Source: Octopus sinensis (taxonomy: Eukaryota). Taken from it: a stretch of DNA of 55,255 bases. Every line of letters starts with the position of its first letter. Within the stretch, counting starts at the first letter, position 1. A program made the translations under genes and the position numbers. The notes beneath the pieces are model-generated. The model had not been told where the DNA came from. It did no database searches and was given only the letters and a program-made list of their open reading frames with translations. The stretch spans positions 1 to 55,255 of the forward strand of contig NW_021833752.1 in assembly GCF_006345805.1 (NCBI RefSeq), written 5' to 3'. Below, in pieces: positions 1-12,890 of this stretch.

Positions 1-166
1 AGGGACTTGAAAATAGTTGAGATAGAACTCTCTCTCTTAGGTTTATTGGAAAATATTGATTTCAAATTTCGGCACAAGGCCAGCTATTTCAGATCCCAGT
101 ACTCAGCTTGTACTTATTTTATCGATCCTGAAAAGACGGAATTTGAGAAATATTGGAGAATATTTT

Positions 167-376
167 GTTCTACTCTAGGCACAAGGCCCGACATTTTTGG
201 GGAGCGTTCCGGTCGATTAGATTGACCCCAGTACGCAACTGGTACTTATTTAATCGACTTCGAAAGGATGAAAGGCAAAGTCGACCTCGGCGGAATTTGA
301 ACTCAGAACGTAGCGGCAGACGAAATACCGCTGAGTATTTCGCCCGGCGTGCTAACGATTCTGCCAGCTCGCCACT
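167..376 (-). mobile_element. SINE family A, tail type b
   Basis: Same head and body (CTTTGCCTTTCATCCTTTCG..GTCGAT..AAGTACCAG) with tail ..GGGCCTTGTGCCTAGAGTAGAA. Partial copies at about 56-150 (-) and 475-610 (+). Confidence 0.8.
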
Positions 377-1271
377 TATGGACAATATTAACAGAAATAA
401 ATGGGCCAGTTCCTTGAGAAGGTTGTACGAAGGGTACATGGATACGTAAAACGAGAATCATCATAGAAATAAACCGAGGTCGTCTTTGCCTTTGATCCTT
501 TTGGGAGTCAATAAATTAAATACCAGTTGCGTACTGGGGTCGATCTAATCGACTGGCTCCTGCTCTCCAAAAAATGTCGAGCCTTGTGCCTTTAGTAGAA
601 AAGAAATAAACCACGCTAAAATCTGGCATGGAATACTGTTAAATTTATAGCATCATACTTTAAAGATTAGTTTAAATGGAATCCAAGAACAAGAAATTCT
701 ACCCCAAAAGACAGCAACTCAAAAACATGACATTAACCACATCATTGTCAAAATGTCAGAGAATGTCCTTTAGATGTTACCGCTCCATAAGATATGATGT
801 AGCTATTTAGAATATTCTTTTATTCTTTTATTTGTTTCTGTCATGGTGCAGCGGCCATGCTGGAGCACCGCCTTGAATTGTTTAAGGAAAGAATTCGACT
901 CAGTACTAATTTTAGGCTCTGGTACGTTTTCTGTCGAATCTTTTTGTCGAACCGTTAAGTTACGGAGACATCAACGAAATGGTTATGCGAAAAATTTTCT
1001 AGGGAATGAATAATAATATGAATACCTTATATATAGAGGTAGTATTGAGTACCTCTTTGATCCATATAAAGAATCTGGGCTGTCGGTTGCGGTTAAAAAT
1101 TCCCTTTTGTACATACTTACCAGAATATGTTATTTATATTGATGATGATGATAAAGCAGAGAAGGAGGAGGAGCATGGGGAGGAGGAAGAGAATGTTTAA
1201 ATGCAGCGATGCGCCTCCATATACAGAAGCACATTAAGATACAGACCGAGGTAGGGTGAGAGAGAAAAGGA

Positions 1272-1313
<42 letters not shown>

Positions 1314-1370
1314 TGTGTGTGTGTCACACAGACAGAACAAGTATATAGCTTGTATATATTTTTTAAAAAT

Positions 1371-1830
1371 CTTTTACTCGTTTCAGTCATTTTACTGCGG
1401 CCATGCTGGAGCACCGCCTTTAGTCGAGCAAATCGACCCCAGGACTTATTCTTTGTTATTCTTTGTAAGCCTAGTACTTATTCTATCGGTCTCTTTTGCC
1501 AAACCGCAAAGTTACGGGGACGTAAACACACCAGCATCGGTTGCCAAGCGATGTTGGGGGAACAAAAACCGACGCGCAAGCACACACACACACGCACACG
1601 CACGCGCACGCACGCACACGCACGCGCACGCACGCACACACTCACACATGTATATATATATATATATATACGACGGGCTTCTTTCAGTTTCCGTCTACCA
1701 AATCCACTCACCAGGCTTTGGTCGGCCCGAGGCTATAGTAGAAGACACTTGCCCAAGGTGCCACGCAGTGGGACTGAACCCGGAACCATGTGGCTGGTAA
1801 GCAAGCTACTTACCACGAATCCACTTCTAT
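1371..1830 (-). mobile_element. SINE family B
   Basis: Reverse-complement homologue of 2795-3212. A partial copy lies at about 815-980. Confidence 0.85.
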
Positions 1831-2200
1831 GTCTATATATATATATTACAAACAACACAAATCAAAAACAAAATAAAACAACAATAACAACAACGCAGAC
1901 ACCCACACTTACACACAGCAAAAACTGTTATATTTCTAAGAAGCTCGCATCTTGAGTAAGTCTTGCACCCATAAACGATTTGCAGAAAGAACGGTTCTGT
2001 CAAGGTTTTCCTAAAATCGAAACACGATACCAGTTTTGAAATGAGGTTCATATAATAAACAAATTTTGTATGAAATATTATTTAATATACCTTAGAAATT
2101 CATAACATTGCAAAAAAACAAAAAAAAAAAAAACAAAGCAAAAAAACAACATAAAGCAAAAATAAAAAAATATGCGAAATAAAACCAAAACAATAACGAT

Positions 2201-2233
<33 letters not shown>

Positions 2234-2371
2234 CACACACACAGGCAGAAAGCAAAAACTGTTATATTTCTAAGAAGTACGCATATAAGTAAAAAAAAAT
2301 AGAGAGAAAAAACAATTGGGAAATTTCATCTTCATAAGTATATGTATATATATATATATTATATATATATA

Positions 2372-2600
2372 CTTTATTTAAAGCAGCAGAAAATTCAACA
2401 AAATCTGTTACTCTGAGTTTCTCGTTGCCGTTCATCAGACAGTTTTGCTAGAAAAAAACTGTCTGATGAACAGCAACGAAAACTCAGAGTAACAGATTTG
2501 TTGAATTTTCTGCTGCTTTAAATAAAGCATATTACTCTACCACTGGTATTTGAGTACTCTTTTTTCCACCTTGTTTCACATTTATGTTGTTTACTCCGGT
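2372..2600. mobile_element. Fold-back element (about 75-bp arms, 2372-2527) with tail, in (TA)n; pLTR-like
   Basis: CTTTATTTAAAGCAGCAGAAAATTCAACA... pairs with ...TGTTGAATTTTCTGCTGCTTTAAATAAAG. The tail CATATTACTCTACC..TTTGAGTA is shared with 49868-50026. Confidence 0.85.
2405..2442 (-). ncRNA. Minimal hammerhead motif
   Basis: CTGT-CTGATGA-ACG GCAA CGA-GAAA-CTCAGAG-TA-ACAG. A more degenerate mirror copy is at 2459-2495 (+). Confidence 0.65.
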
Positions 2601-2610
2601 ATATATATAA

Positions 2611-2694
<84 letters not shown>

Positions 2695-2794
2695 TATATA
2701 TATATGTGTGTTTGTGTGTGTGTGTTTGTGTGTGTGTTTGTGTGTGGTGTGTGTGTGTGTGGTATGTGTTTGCATGTGTGTGTGATATATATAC

Positions 2795-3212
2795 AGGCGC
2801 ATGAGTGGCTGTGTGGTAAGTAGCTTGCTAACCACCACATGGGTCCGGGTTCAGTCCCACTGCGTCGCATCTTGGGCAAGTGTCTTCTGCTATAGCCCAG
2901 GGCCGACCAATGCCTGTGAGTGAATTTGGTAGACGGAAACTGAAAGAAGCCTGTCGTATATATGCATATAATATAATATATATATTATATATATATATAT
3001 GTATGTGTGTGTTTGTGTGTCTTGTGTTTGTCCCTCTAGCATTGCTTGACAACCGATGCTGGTGTGTTTATGTCCCCGTCACTTAGCGGTTCGGCAAAAA
3101 GAGACCGATAGAATAAGTACTGGGCTTACAAAGAATAAGTCCCGGGGTCGATTTGCTCGACTAAAGGCAGTGCTCCAGCATGGCCGCAGTCAAATGACTG
3201 AAACAAGTAAAA
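2795..3212 (+). mobile_element. tRNA-derived SINE family B with CORE-like segment and internal microsatellite
   Basis: A-box TGGCTGTGTGGTAAG, B-box GGGTTCAGTCCC, CORE-like CTTGGGCAAGTGTCTT, internal (TA)/(TG) tract, tail CCAGCATGGCCGCAGTCAAATGACTGAAACAAGTAAAA. Confidence 0.85.
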
Positions 3213-3214
3213 GT

Positions 3215-3439
3215 CTCTCCGCAGTGAATTTTTTCCATGCTGCCCATCACCATGGCAGCTATTTCAAGAATTTTTCGGTGAACAGATTATTTCGAAAGGA
3301 TTTTGGCTACCAAGATCACCTGATTTAACACCGCCAGACATTTTCTTTTTGTCTAGGGAGTAAGTAAAGGATCAGTATAGAAGAATCGCCTGAAAACCAT
3401 TAAATACTTACTGCGGGAAGACTTTCTGAACACCCTGTA
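3215..3439 (+). mobile_element. Tc1/mariner remnant
   Basis: WLPRSPDLTPPDIF from 3304 (the WP-x-x-SPDL-x-P-x-D motif) and a TIR-like end TTTCTGAACACCCTG followed by TA at 3438. Confidence 0.7.
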
Positions 3440-4055
3440 TATACAACCTCTATACTTGTTCTGCCTGCGTGACACACTCTCTCCCCCTCTCTCTTTCTCT
3501 CATCCTTCTTCTCTCTCTCACTCTACCTCTGTCCGCATCCCTGTGTGCTTCTGTATATGGAGGCGTTTCGCTGTCTTTAAACATTCTCTTCCTCCTCCCC
3601 TTCCGCCCCTCTTTCACCTTCGCATCATTATCATCATCATCAATGTATTATATTCCACATTTCTATGCTTGCATGGGTCAGACGAAATTTGTTGAGATAG
3701 ACATTTCCTACGGCAAGATGCTTTCTCTGTCGCATATTCTCACTTTTTTCTAAGCAAGGTATCATTTCCACCATGTTCAGACATGATTTTTCCACGGAAT
3801 GCAAGAAACGAACAAAATCGCTTGTATGACGGTGATGCTTATTTACAACCATCAGATGATGCCAAGACAAGGGGACGTCTAGGCACACACAAAGAAACGC
3901 GCGCACACACACACACACACACACACTTATATGATGAGCTTCTTTCAGTTTCTATCTACCAAATCCAATTATAAGGCATTGGTCGGCTGGGGGCTATAGC
4001 AGAAGACGCTTGAGGATGCCACACAGAAGAAAAGTAATAAAAATTTCGATGACAT

Positions 4056-4256
4056 CGGCGAGCTGGAGCTGGTAGAATCGTTACCATGTCGGGCAAAATG
4101 TTTTGCGACATCCGTCAGACTTGACGTTCTAAGTTCAAATTCTGCTAAGGTCATCTTTACCTTTCATCCTTTCGGGGGTCAATGAAATAAGTACCAGTCG
4201 AGCACGATGGTAATCTCTCCCCTTAAATTGGTGACCTCGTGCTAAAATTTGAAACC
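4056..4256 (+). mobile_element. SINE family A, diverged copy
   Basis: GGCGAGCTGG..GTTCAAATTC..CCTTTCATCCTTTCGGGG..AAGTACCAG. The 4257 copy is inserted into its tail. Confidence 0.7.
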
Positions 4257-4488
4257 TATTTCTTTATTACCCACAAGGGGTTAAACATAGAGGGAACAAA
4301 CAAGGACAGACATAGGTATTAAGTCGATTACATCGACCCCAGTGCGGAACTGGTACTTAATTTATGGACCCCGAAAGGATGAGAGGCAAAGTCAACCTCG
4401 GCGGAATTTGAACTCACAACGTAACGACAGACGAAATACCGCTAAGCATTTCATCCGGCGTGCTAACGTTTCTGCCAGCTCGCCGCCT
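4257..4488 (-). mobile_element. tRNA-derived SINE family A, tail type a (Tx1-like 3' end), with 14-bp TSD
   Basis: A-box-like TGGCAGAAACGTTAG and B-box GAGTTCAAATTCC. Ends GGGTAATAAAGAAATA. TSD TAAAATTTGAAACC at 4243-4256 and 4489-4502. Confidence 0.85.
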
Positions 4489-4756
4489 TAAAATTTGAAA
4501 CCGATTACATCGGGGCACGATCGAATTGAGTTTCACACATAAAAGAAAACTATTAACAAGGACCAATTCATTTGTGCCAGAAAACATCATCTGCAGCAGC
4601 AGTAGCAGCACAAATGACCTGCTATCTTCTCGTGATTGACTTCGTTTCTATGCTTGTTCTACCATGTCTTGGGGTTGGGGTAGGCCGGTAGCTATGAGTC
4701 CAAAATATAGATATATAAAAATGGATGCTACTTATTTCAAATATGCATAATTCATA

Positions 4757-4803
<47 letters not shown>

Positions 4804-5320
4804 ACACATGTATGCACGCCGTCTTCGTTTTTTTAGTAATTTCCTATCTGGAGTGAAGATGTCTCGCAAAGAAACAAAAAAGTCCATCACTGTAATTTGG
4901 ATTACAACGGCGACGATTGATACATATTGAACATTAAAAAAATGTCTTCCATATTTTTACAGTTTCACTTATAGATCGTATCTATAAAGTTCGTGTTAAC
5001 CGGTTTCTTTTTTCTTTTTGCTTCACAGCTGTCTGGAATCTCATCTCTTCAAGAGCATTTGGCAATTGTGTTGCAACTTATTTGCTGCGATAAATTATTA
5101 AAAAAGAAAAGAAAAAAAAACAGCTTGGGAAAAGCATATAATACCCAATAGAAGAACCGTATGCAACTGAATAGAAGTGAGACCGGATAACTATAAAGAG
5201 CTTTTAATGTTACATAATATGCATTCAGTGTCCTTTTGAAACATTTGTAGTGTTTGACTACTTCTTCCACTCTTTTTATCCACAAACTTAATCACTGTTT
5301 CTCTCTATATTATATATATA

Positions 5321-5418
<98 letters not shown>

Positions 5419-5447
5419 ATCTATCTATCTATCTATCTATTTATCTA

Positions 5448-5495
<48 letters not shown>

Positions 5496-5497
5496 TC

Positions 5498-5529
<32 letters not shown>

Positions 5530-5907
5530 ATTTTCTTTATCTGTCCCTATATGTGACTGCGTCCCTTTACCTTAACCTGTTATTTTCTTTTTCCTCTTAT
5601 TCTCTCTCTGTCTCATTCTCTCTCTCTCTGCATGCCTGTCTATTTCTTCCGCATTTTGTGTCTTCCACTCTATTCCTTTTTCTTCTTTCTCCATATCTTT
5701 ATGCATACCTCTTTCCCAGTCTACATCTCTATTCTGCCTCTTTCTCTTCCTTCACTCTCTCTCTCCCCTTCTTTTGCCTCCTCTCTCTAAACTTGTATAC
5801 ATCTTAACTTGCCTTTGCCTGTTTCGTTCTCTTTATATTTTTCAAATTCTGTATATATTTACACGCTTGCATGTATGTATATAAGCGTGCTAAGTATAAG
5901 TGTGTGC

Positions 5908-5953
5908 ATGTGTAGTAGTAGTTGTAGTAGTAGTAGTAGTAGTTGTAGTGGTG

Positions 5954-5997
<44 letters not shown>

Positions 5998-6664
5998 GGT
6001 GATGTTTGTGTTAGCGCAAATGGAAATACGATATAGGTGTTGAGATGTTAGCACTTGTAGTAGAAATAGTAGTGGTGGTAGTGACGGTGGTGGTATTATG
6101 GCAGTGGTTGTGTTGGTGGTAGTGTGGGCGCAAGAGGTGGTGCTGATTGCAGTGGTGTACATATAGGCTACTGAAGTGGTACTAGCGAAAACAGTAGCAA
6201 CAGCAGCAGCAACGGTAGTAGTAGTAGTTGTAGTAGTAGTAGAGGTTGTAGTAGTTGGTGTCGCGGTGTTGTTAGTGAAGGTGGTGGCTGATTTGATAGC
6301 AGTAGTAGTGAAAATGATTGTTGCTGTTGTTGTTGTGGTGGTGGTGGTAACAGCGGATGAGGTGAGTGTGACATTGGTGAAGTAGTAGTAGTGGTGGTAG
6401 TATTAGTGTTATTATTATTATTAGTTGTAGTTGTCGTTGTTATGAAAGTAATAGTGGTAGTAATAGTGGTAGTAATAGTAGTAGTAATAATTTAGTAGTA
6501 GTGTTGATGATGGTGGTGATGGTGGTGGTGGAGTTGGTGGTGCAGTTAGTTGTGTTGGCGAAGTTTGAAGTGGTACGGAGGCTGATTGGATGATGGGTAA
6601 GTGAGGAACACGGCGTTGGTGGTGAGGGTAGATTACAGTGTCAGGTATACTACTACTACTACCT

Positions 6665-6699
<35 letters not shown>

Positions 6700-6733
6700 A
6701 CTACTACTACTACTACTACTACTACTGCTGCTG

Positions 6734-6773
<40 letters not shown>

Positions 6774-7210
6774 CACTGCTGCTGCTGCTGCTACTGCTGC
6801 TGCTGCTGATGCTACTATTCGTCGTAGTACTATTCCTAGTAGTAGTAGTAGCAGCAGCAGCAGTAGCAACAGCAGCAGTAGTAGTAGTATTAGTAGAAGT
6901 AGCAGCAGCAATAGTTACGGTGATAGTGATGATGGCGGCAGTGCGAATGGTAAAGACTTGTGGCGGTGCAGACGATGGAGGTGGTGGGGTGAGGGAGGTG
7001 ACGAAATTTGTGATGGTGAGGATGGGGAAAGATAAGATGGTAGTAGAGATGATGATGGTGGCGACGGCGGCGACAAATGGTGGAGGTGGTGGCGAATGAT
7101 GGTGGTGGCGGTGGTGATGGATGGTGGTGGCTCTGGCAATGGATGGATGGTGGTGGTGGTAATGGTGATTGTGACGAGGCTGTTGGTGGCGATGGATGTG
7201 GAAGTAGCGA
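5908..7210. repeat. Long compound trinucleotide low-complexity tract (GTA/GGT/CTA/CTG/GAT)
   Basis: Directly visible. It generates poly-S/T/L/V pseudo-ORFs. Confidence 0.9.
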
Positions 7211-7670
7211 AGGGGAAGAGGGTAGTGGCGGGGAGTTTTAGTGAAAATATTTTTAGGTGGATCAATTATGTACAAATGATTGCTGTTTCACACTGAATCG
7301 ATGTATGTCCCACATTTGATCTTCACCTATATTCATATGTGCGTGTGTATATCTGTGTGTGTGTGTGTGTGTGTGTGTGTTGAGTAAATATATGCTTATG
7401 CATGTATGTATGAATGTACACACACACATACTCATATATGCGAGTGGGTATATATATATATATTTTTACGCATACAAGCGCACACAAATATAAACACACG
7501 TATACACATACACAGATATTTATGTATATACACACAAACGAATACATACACATAAACACACACACATATATATTTATACATATATTTATACATATATCTA
7601 TATATGCATATGTTATATATATATAGGTATCTTCTAGCTAATGTATATATATATTATATATGTGTATATA

Positions 7671-7748
<78 letters not shown>

Positions 7749-7893
7749 GAAAAGGAACACACGAGTTGATGCAAACAAGAGAGACAGAGAAAGGCAGAAA
7801 CAAGGAAAATGCCACTTATATTTGAACCTATACAAATATTCCTTTAAAAAAACTTTTCTTTTAAATTTTCTAAATTTAATTATTTAATCGTTA

Positions 7894-7931
7894 CAGTTGA
7901 AAAGGTCTCAAAATGACCGAAACCGGCACTG
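7894..7931 (+). ncRNA. Degenerate hammerhead remnant in a (TA)n-flanked insert (7745-7983)
   Basis: CAG-TTGAAAA-GGTC TCAAAAT GACC-GAAA-CCGG-CA-CTG. The helices are intact but the core has three substitutions. Confidence 0.45.
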
Positions 7932-8007
7932 AAATGTTCTTTATAAAATTATTTTAGCATTTTCTATCTTGACTTGTTTTTACATATATATATATATATA
8001 TATATAC

Positions 8008-8060
<53 letters not shown>

Positions 8061-8740
8061 ACACATACACATATATACGCATAAAATGTATGCATGAATG
8101 AATGTGTGAATGCGTATAAACGAGCCTGAGCAAAACAGCTACAACCTTAAAACTGCAAACACTAACAAATATTCTAACATCAACATTTTTCTCTCTTTTC
8201 TCTCTCTCTCTCTCTCTCTCCGACGCACACACACATACACACACACAGATTCACATTCTCACAGTCTGTCGTTTGGCCTCTGACAAGCCTTGATTCAATA
8301 AAAGCCATTCCAATTATGACTGCCTCAATTTTGTTCTTCTTCTTACATTTAAAGCCGAATTCGCGCTTACTTGCGAAAGCTCACATCTCTCACGTGAAAG
8401 ATGCTAACTTGATATTTCAATAAGAAAAAAGGCATAACTCTACAAGATTTTAAAAGTTGGTCTGTTTTTTTTCTAGTTATTTGTACTGTTGTGAAGGTGC
8501 GTGGCTTAGTGGTTAAGGCGTTCGGCTCACGGTCGTAAGATAGTGAGTTCGATTCCCGGCGGCGAGTTGTGTCCTTAAGCAAGACGCAATGTTTCACATG
8601 ATTTACATTATTTACATTTGACGGATATTTGTCCTCATCTTGTAAAAATGCCGGTAAGCATTTTGTCTAGCGCCTTGACGATTCTGCCAGCTCGCCGCTT
8701 TGAGAAACTAATGAATATTATGATTAGTAATGGTAGAAGG

Positions 8741-9005
8741 TGAAGGCCCAGTGGTTAGGGCAGCTAATACGCGGTCGGAGGATCGCGGTTTCGACTCCCA
8801 AACCAGGCATTGTGCGTGTTTATTGAGTGAAAACACTTAAAGCTCCACGAGGCTCCGACAGGGGCTGGTGGCGACCCCTGTTGTTTTCTTTCGCCCCAAC
8901 TTTCTCTCACTCTTTCTTCCTGTTTCTTGTATAATATTGCGATGGACTTGAGTCCCGTCCATCTGGGGGAACACATACACCACAGAAACCGGGAAACCGG
9001 GCGCA

Positions 9006-9052
<47 letters not shown>

Positions 9053-9064
9053 CTAAATAAATAA
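8741..9064 (+). mobile_element. SINE family C with (TAAA)n tail
   Basis: Collinear with 11985-12290. Confidence 0.8.
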
Positions 9065-9624
9065 ATGGTAGAAGAGATTTCAAATATAGATTTTAGTGAC
9101 ACAAAATAAAATAGTGACAAAACAAAAGATGGAATTCAATCAAATTCGTAATCAGTTCTTGCTATTTAACACTCGGCCAAACACGATAAAGTAAATCAAT
9201 GTTCATTTCCTCTAGGGAATAACGTATCTAGAAGTACATTGTCTAATGGGTTCTCAGCTTTTGTTGCGTGGGAGACCAAATGACTATGCTGAGGCTCCTT
9301 CGTTGGTAATCTTTAGTAACTGGTCAAGTCTAATCTGTTCCTTTGTTATTTCGCTGCTTTGGAGAAGAAACTTTTCGTGAGCAAGATATAAATCTTTATA
9401 ATATTCAACTAAAAAAAAAAAAAATGAAAAAATAACGGTGACAGAAAAAAAAGAAAGAGAAAGGAAATATAGAAGTTAGAAGCAGAAAGAAGAAGAATGG
9501 GAGAAAAGGAGGAAAGAAGACAATGATGATGATGATGATTATGATGATGGTAACGAAGAAGAAAGAAGAAAAAGAAGAAATAGATTAAAGAAAATAGACT
9601 AAAGAAAGCTCAAGACTAGGAAAA

Positions 9625-9662
9625 TAATTATAACAACAACAACAACAACAATAATAATAATG

Positions 9663-9705
<43 letters not shown>

Positions 9706-9713
9706 TAATAATG

Positions 9714-9804
<91 letters not shown>

Positions 9805-9815
9805 TAATAATAATA
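9625..9815. repeat. (AAT)n microsatellite, representative of dozens of TA, CA, GA, TATG, TCTA, AAT and GAT tracts in the window
   Basis: Directly visible. Confidence 0.95.
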
Positions 9816-10194
9816 ACGAGCCAGGTAAATAAAAACGAGAAAAAAGATGAATAAGCTAATAAAAAGAGAGTTAGAAAACAAAAAAAAAAATCTAGCTTTT
9901 TTCTTGAGATTGCAAGCGAAGAAAGAGAGAAAGGAAAGAAGGAAGGCTTAACACCTTTGACCAAGAAAAGTAAATAATTGTGTATTCTATAAGAGAGACG
10001 ATGAACTAACTGAAAGTCAGCGAATATATTTTCTCACCGACCACACGTTCAATATTTTGTTTCAGATAATCCGTCTGACAAATCCTCAATAGCTTCGAAG
10101 GCGCCATTGATTGGATAAACAAGTCCTACCAAGTAACCAATCAATTCATTCTATTTCCTGTGTGCCTATTCGGTGAATAATAATAATAATGATG

Positions 10195-10228
<34 letters not shown>

Positions 10229-10266
10229 TAATAATAACAATAACAATAATAATAATAATAATAATA

Positions 10267-10332
<66 letters not shown>

Positions 10333-10819
10333 AGTAGTAGTAGTAATGGTGGTGGTGGTGAAGGAATTACCGTGTGATCTTCACTTTTTTATATTCATTT
10401 TTCGTAGATTTGTGAGTGTGTGTGTATCTGTGTCTGTGTGTGTACGTGAGTGTGCTTGTGTGCATATGTGTATGTATGTGTGTGTTTGTGTGTGTGTGTG
10501 TAGACGTTTTGCGAGCGTTCAGTAGCCGTAAATGCGCAATACATGTATAATGATGCATGCTTCTATGCTTGTATGTATGTATGTATGTATGTATGTATGT
10601 ATGTATGTATGTATGTATGTATGTATGTATGTATGTATGCATGAATGTATTATGTATGTGTGTGTATGCATGTATTATGTATGTATGTTTCTCTGTATCT
10701 CTCTATCTGTATATATACATACATACATATATATGTATATATATATATGTATATATATATATGTATATATATATGTATATATAGATATATAATATATATA
10801 TGATATATATAATATTTTA

Positions 10820-10879
<60 letters not shown>

Positions 10880-11140
10880 TATATATATATACAAGATAAG
10901 AAAATGGAGAAATACATCTAAATCAAATATCAATTAACAGATAATACTCAATCACATACTTTATTAAACCACCACATAAGAGACTGTAGGGTTAAACATA
11001 AAAAAGCAGAACAAATCAGTGTACATAAAGGAATGTACATAAAAAAGTGTACATAAAAGAGTAATGTTATATAATAAGTAGAATATATATAAAAAAGAGA
11101 ATATAAATATAAGTAGATATAAATATAAGTATAGATTACA

Positions 11141-11160
11141 TCTTACAGCTGTTTCGGCCA
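11141..11160 (-). ncRNA. 3' half of a hammerhead motif in a (TA)n-flanked insert (10891-11232)
   Basis: TGGCC-GAAA-CAGCTG-TA-AGA. The CTGANGA half is absent. Confidence 0.4.
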
Positions 11161-11229
11161 TGTATTAACTTTGTTGGGTACTTCACTAACAGTATATTGG
11201 ATATATGTTATCCATACAACCCTATTCAA

Positions 11230-11292
<63 letters not shown>

Positions 11293-11299
<7 letters not shown>

Positions 11300-11480
11300 A
11301 GCGGACCAGCCATCTGAATGTGGCTAGGGACAGGGCGGGGTGATGGGGGTGTTACTGATGCATTTAGCCCCAGCATCAGTAACCACCCCCACCACCCCGC
11401 CCTGTCCCTAGCCACATTCAGATGGCTGGTACCGCTTATATTACAGAGCAGTTACTGTTTATACCTCGCTTAGAGATTTA
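11293..11480. repeat. GC-rich near-perfect hairpin (11293-11443) with a 37-bp tail, in (TA)n
   Basis: TAATATAAGCGGACCAGCCATCTGAATGTGGCTAGGGACAGGGCGGGGTG... pairs with ...CACCCCGCCCTGTCCCTAGCCACATTCAGATGGCTGGTACCGCTTATATTA around an 11-nt loop. Confidence 0.9.
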
Positions 11481-11543
11481 TATATAATATATATATATAT
11501 AATATATTATATATATATATGTATATTTATATCTATATGTGTG

Positions 11544-11649
<106 letters not shown>

Positions 11650-11984
11650 GTATATATACATACTATATATATGTATATATATATGTGTGTGTGTATATAT
11701 ATTTATATATATACATCTATGCATACATATATTTATATGCATAAACTATTATGTGTTTGAAAATATATACATGCTCATTTCATACACACATACGTATGTA
11801 TGTCTGTGTTTGTGTCCAACATTTCGTCCGACAAATCATGTCTGTGTCACAGAAAACAAAGTGCTCTATGCGATGTCTATCTAAATATGTTTACATATAT
11901 TTTGAACGTGATACACAAAAAGCGACACAATTACAAAACTTCCGTGACGCATACTAAATTAAAAAACATATGTATCAGATCTAT

Positions 11985-12290
11985 GTGGAAGCGCAATGGC
12001 CCAGTGGTTAGGGCAGCGGACTCGCGGTCGGAGGACCGCGGTTTCGATTCCCAGACTGGGCGTTGTGAGTGTTTATTGAGCAAAAATGCCTAAAGCTCCA
12101 CGTAGCTCCGACAGGGAGTGGTGGCGATCCCTGCTGTACTCTTTCGCTCCAACTTTCTCTCACCCTCTCTTCCTGTTTCTTGAGTAACGGTGCGATGGAC
12201 TGGCGTTCCGTCTAGCTGGGGGGAACCTATACAGAAACAGTGAAACTGGGCCTATGAGCCTGGCTAGGCTTGAAAAGGGCGCATAAATAA
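11985..12290 (+). mobile_element. tRNA-derived SINE family C
   Basis: A-box TGGCCCAGTGGTTAGGG, B-box GTTTCGATTCCC and internal GCGATGGACTGGCG motif. Homologues at 8741-9005 (+, followed by (TAAA)n), 40253-40495 (-), 55050-55255 (-) and 29595-29690 (-). Confidence 0.8.
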
Positions 12291-12534
12291 TCAGATCAAA
12301 TATCGGTCGGGAATCACTCTACCCCGGAAGAAGGAAATTACAAAATTGGATAAGCTTTTAAATATAGATATTTTCAGTCGGAAAAAATGTCTCGTTGTTA
12401 CTGGAAGAACTCAATGCGATAAAATCGTGAAGTTATGAAAACATTCTGATATGTCACGCGATGCGAGAAATTACCAAAATCATTGTGTGTGTGTATGTGT
12501 GTGAGTATTTATATGTATGTGATCTTTTATATTT

Positions 12535-12890
12535 TTTCTTTTATTTCTTTCAGTAAGTTGACTGCAGCCATGCTGGAGCACCGCCTTTAGTCGAGCAATT
12601 GGATCCCAGGACTTATTCTTTGTAAGCCTAGTACTTATTCTATCAATCGCTCTTGCCGAACTGCTAAGTTACAGGGACATAAACATACTAACATCGGTTG
12701 TCAAGCGATGGTGGGGTGACAAACACACACACACATATGACGGGCTTCTTTCAGTTTCCGTCTACCAAATCTACTCACAAGACTTTGGTCGGCTCGAGGC
12801 TATAGTAGAAGACACTTGCCCAATGTGGGACTTAACCCGGAGTCATGTGGTTGGTAAGCAAGCTACTTACCACAAAGCCATTCCTGCGCC
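12535..12890 (-). mobile_element. SINE family B
   Basis: Full head-to-tail homology with a short internal CA tract. Confidence 0.85.

Larger units (their letters stand above)
1137..3646. repeat. Diverged inverted pair, 1137-1358 / 3437-3646
   Basis: GGAGGAAGAGAATGTTTAAA..CGCCTCCATATACAGAAGCACA versus TGTGCTTCTGTATATGGAGGCG..TTTAAACATTCTCTTCCTCC. Confidence 0.8.

Noticed and set aside
5809-7296. Long ORFs (up to 284 aa) rich in S/T/L/V/H
   Set aside because: They are trinucleotide repeats open in several frames on both strands, with no domain signal.
11985-12070. tRNA gene candidates (also 8490, 20352, 2795)
   Set aside because: The A/B boxes continue into multicopy SINE bodies and I could not build a full cloverleaf.
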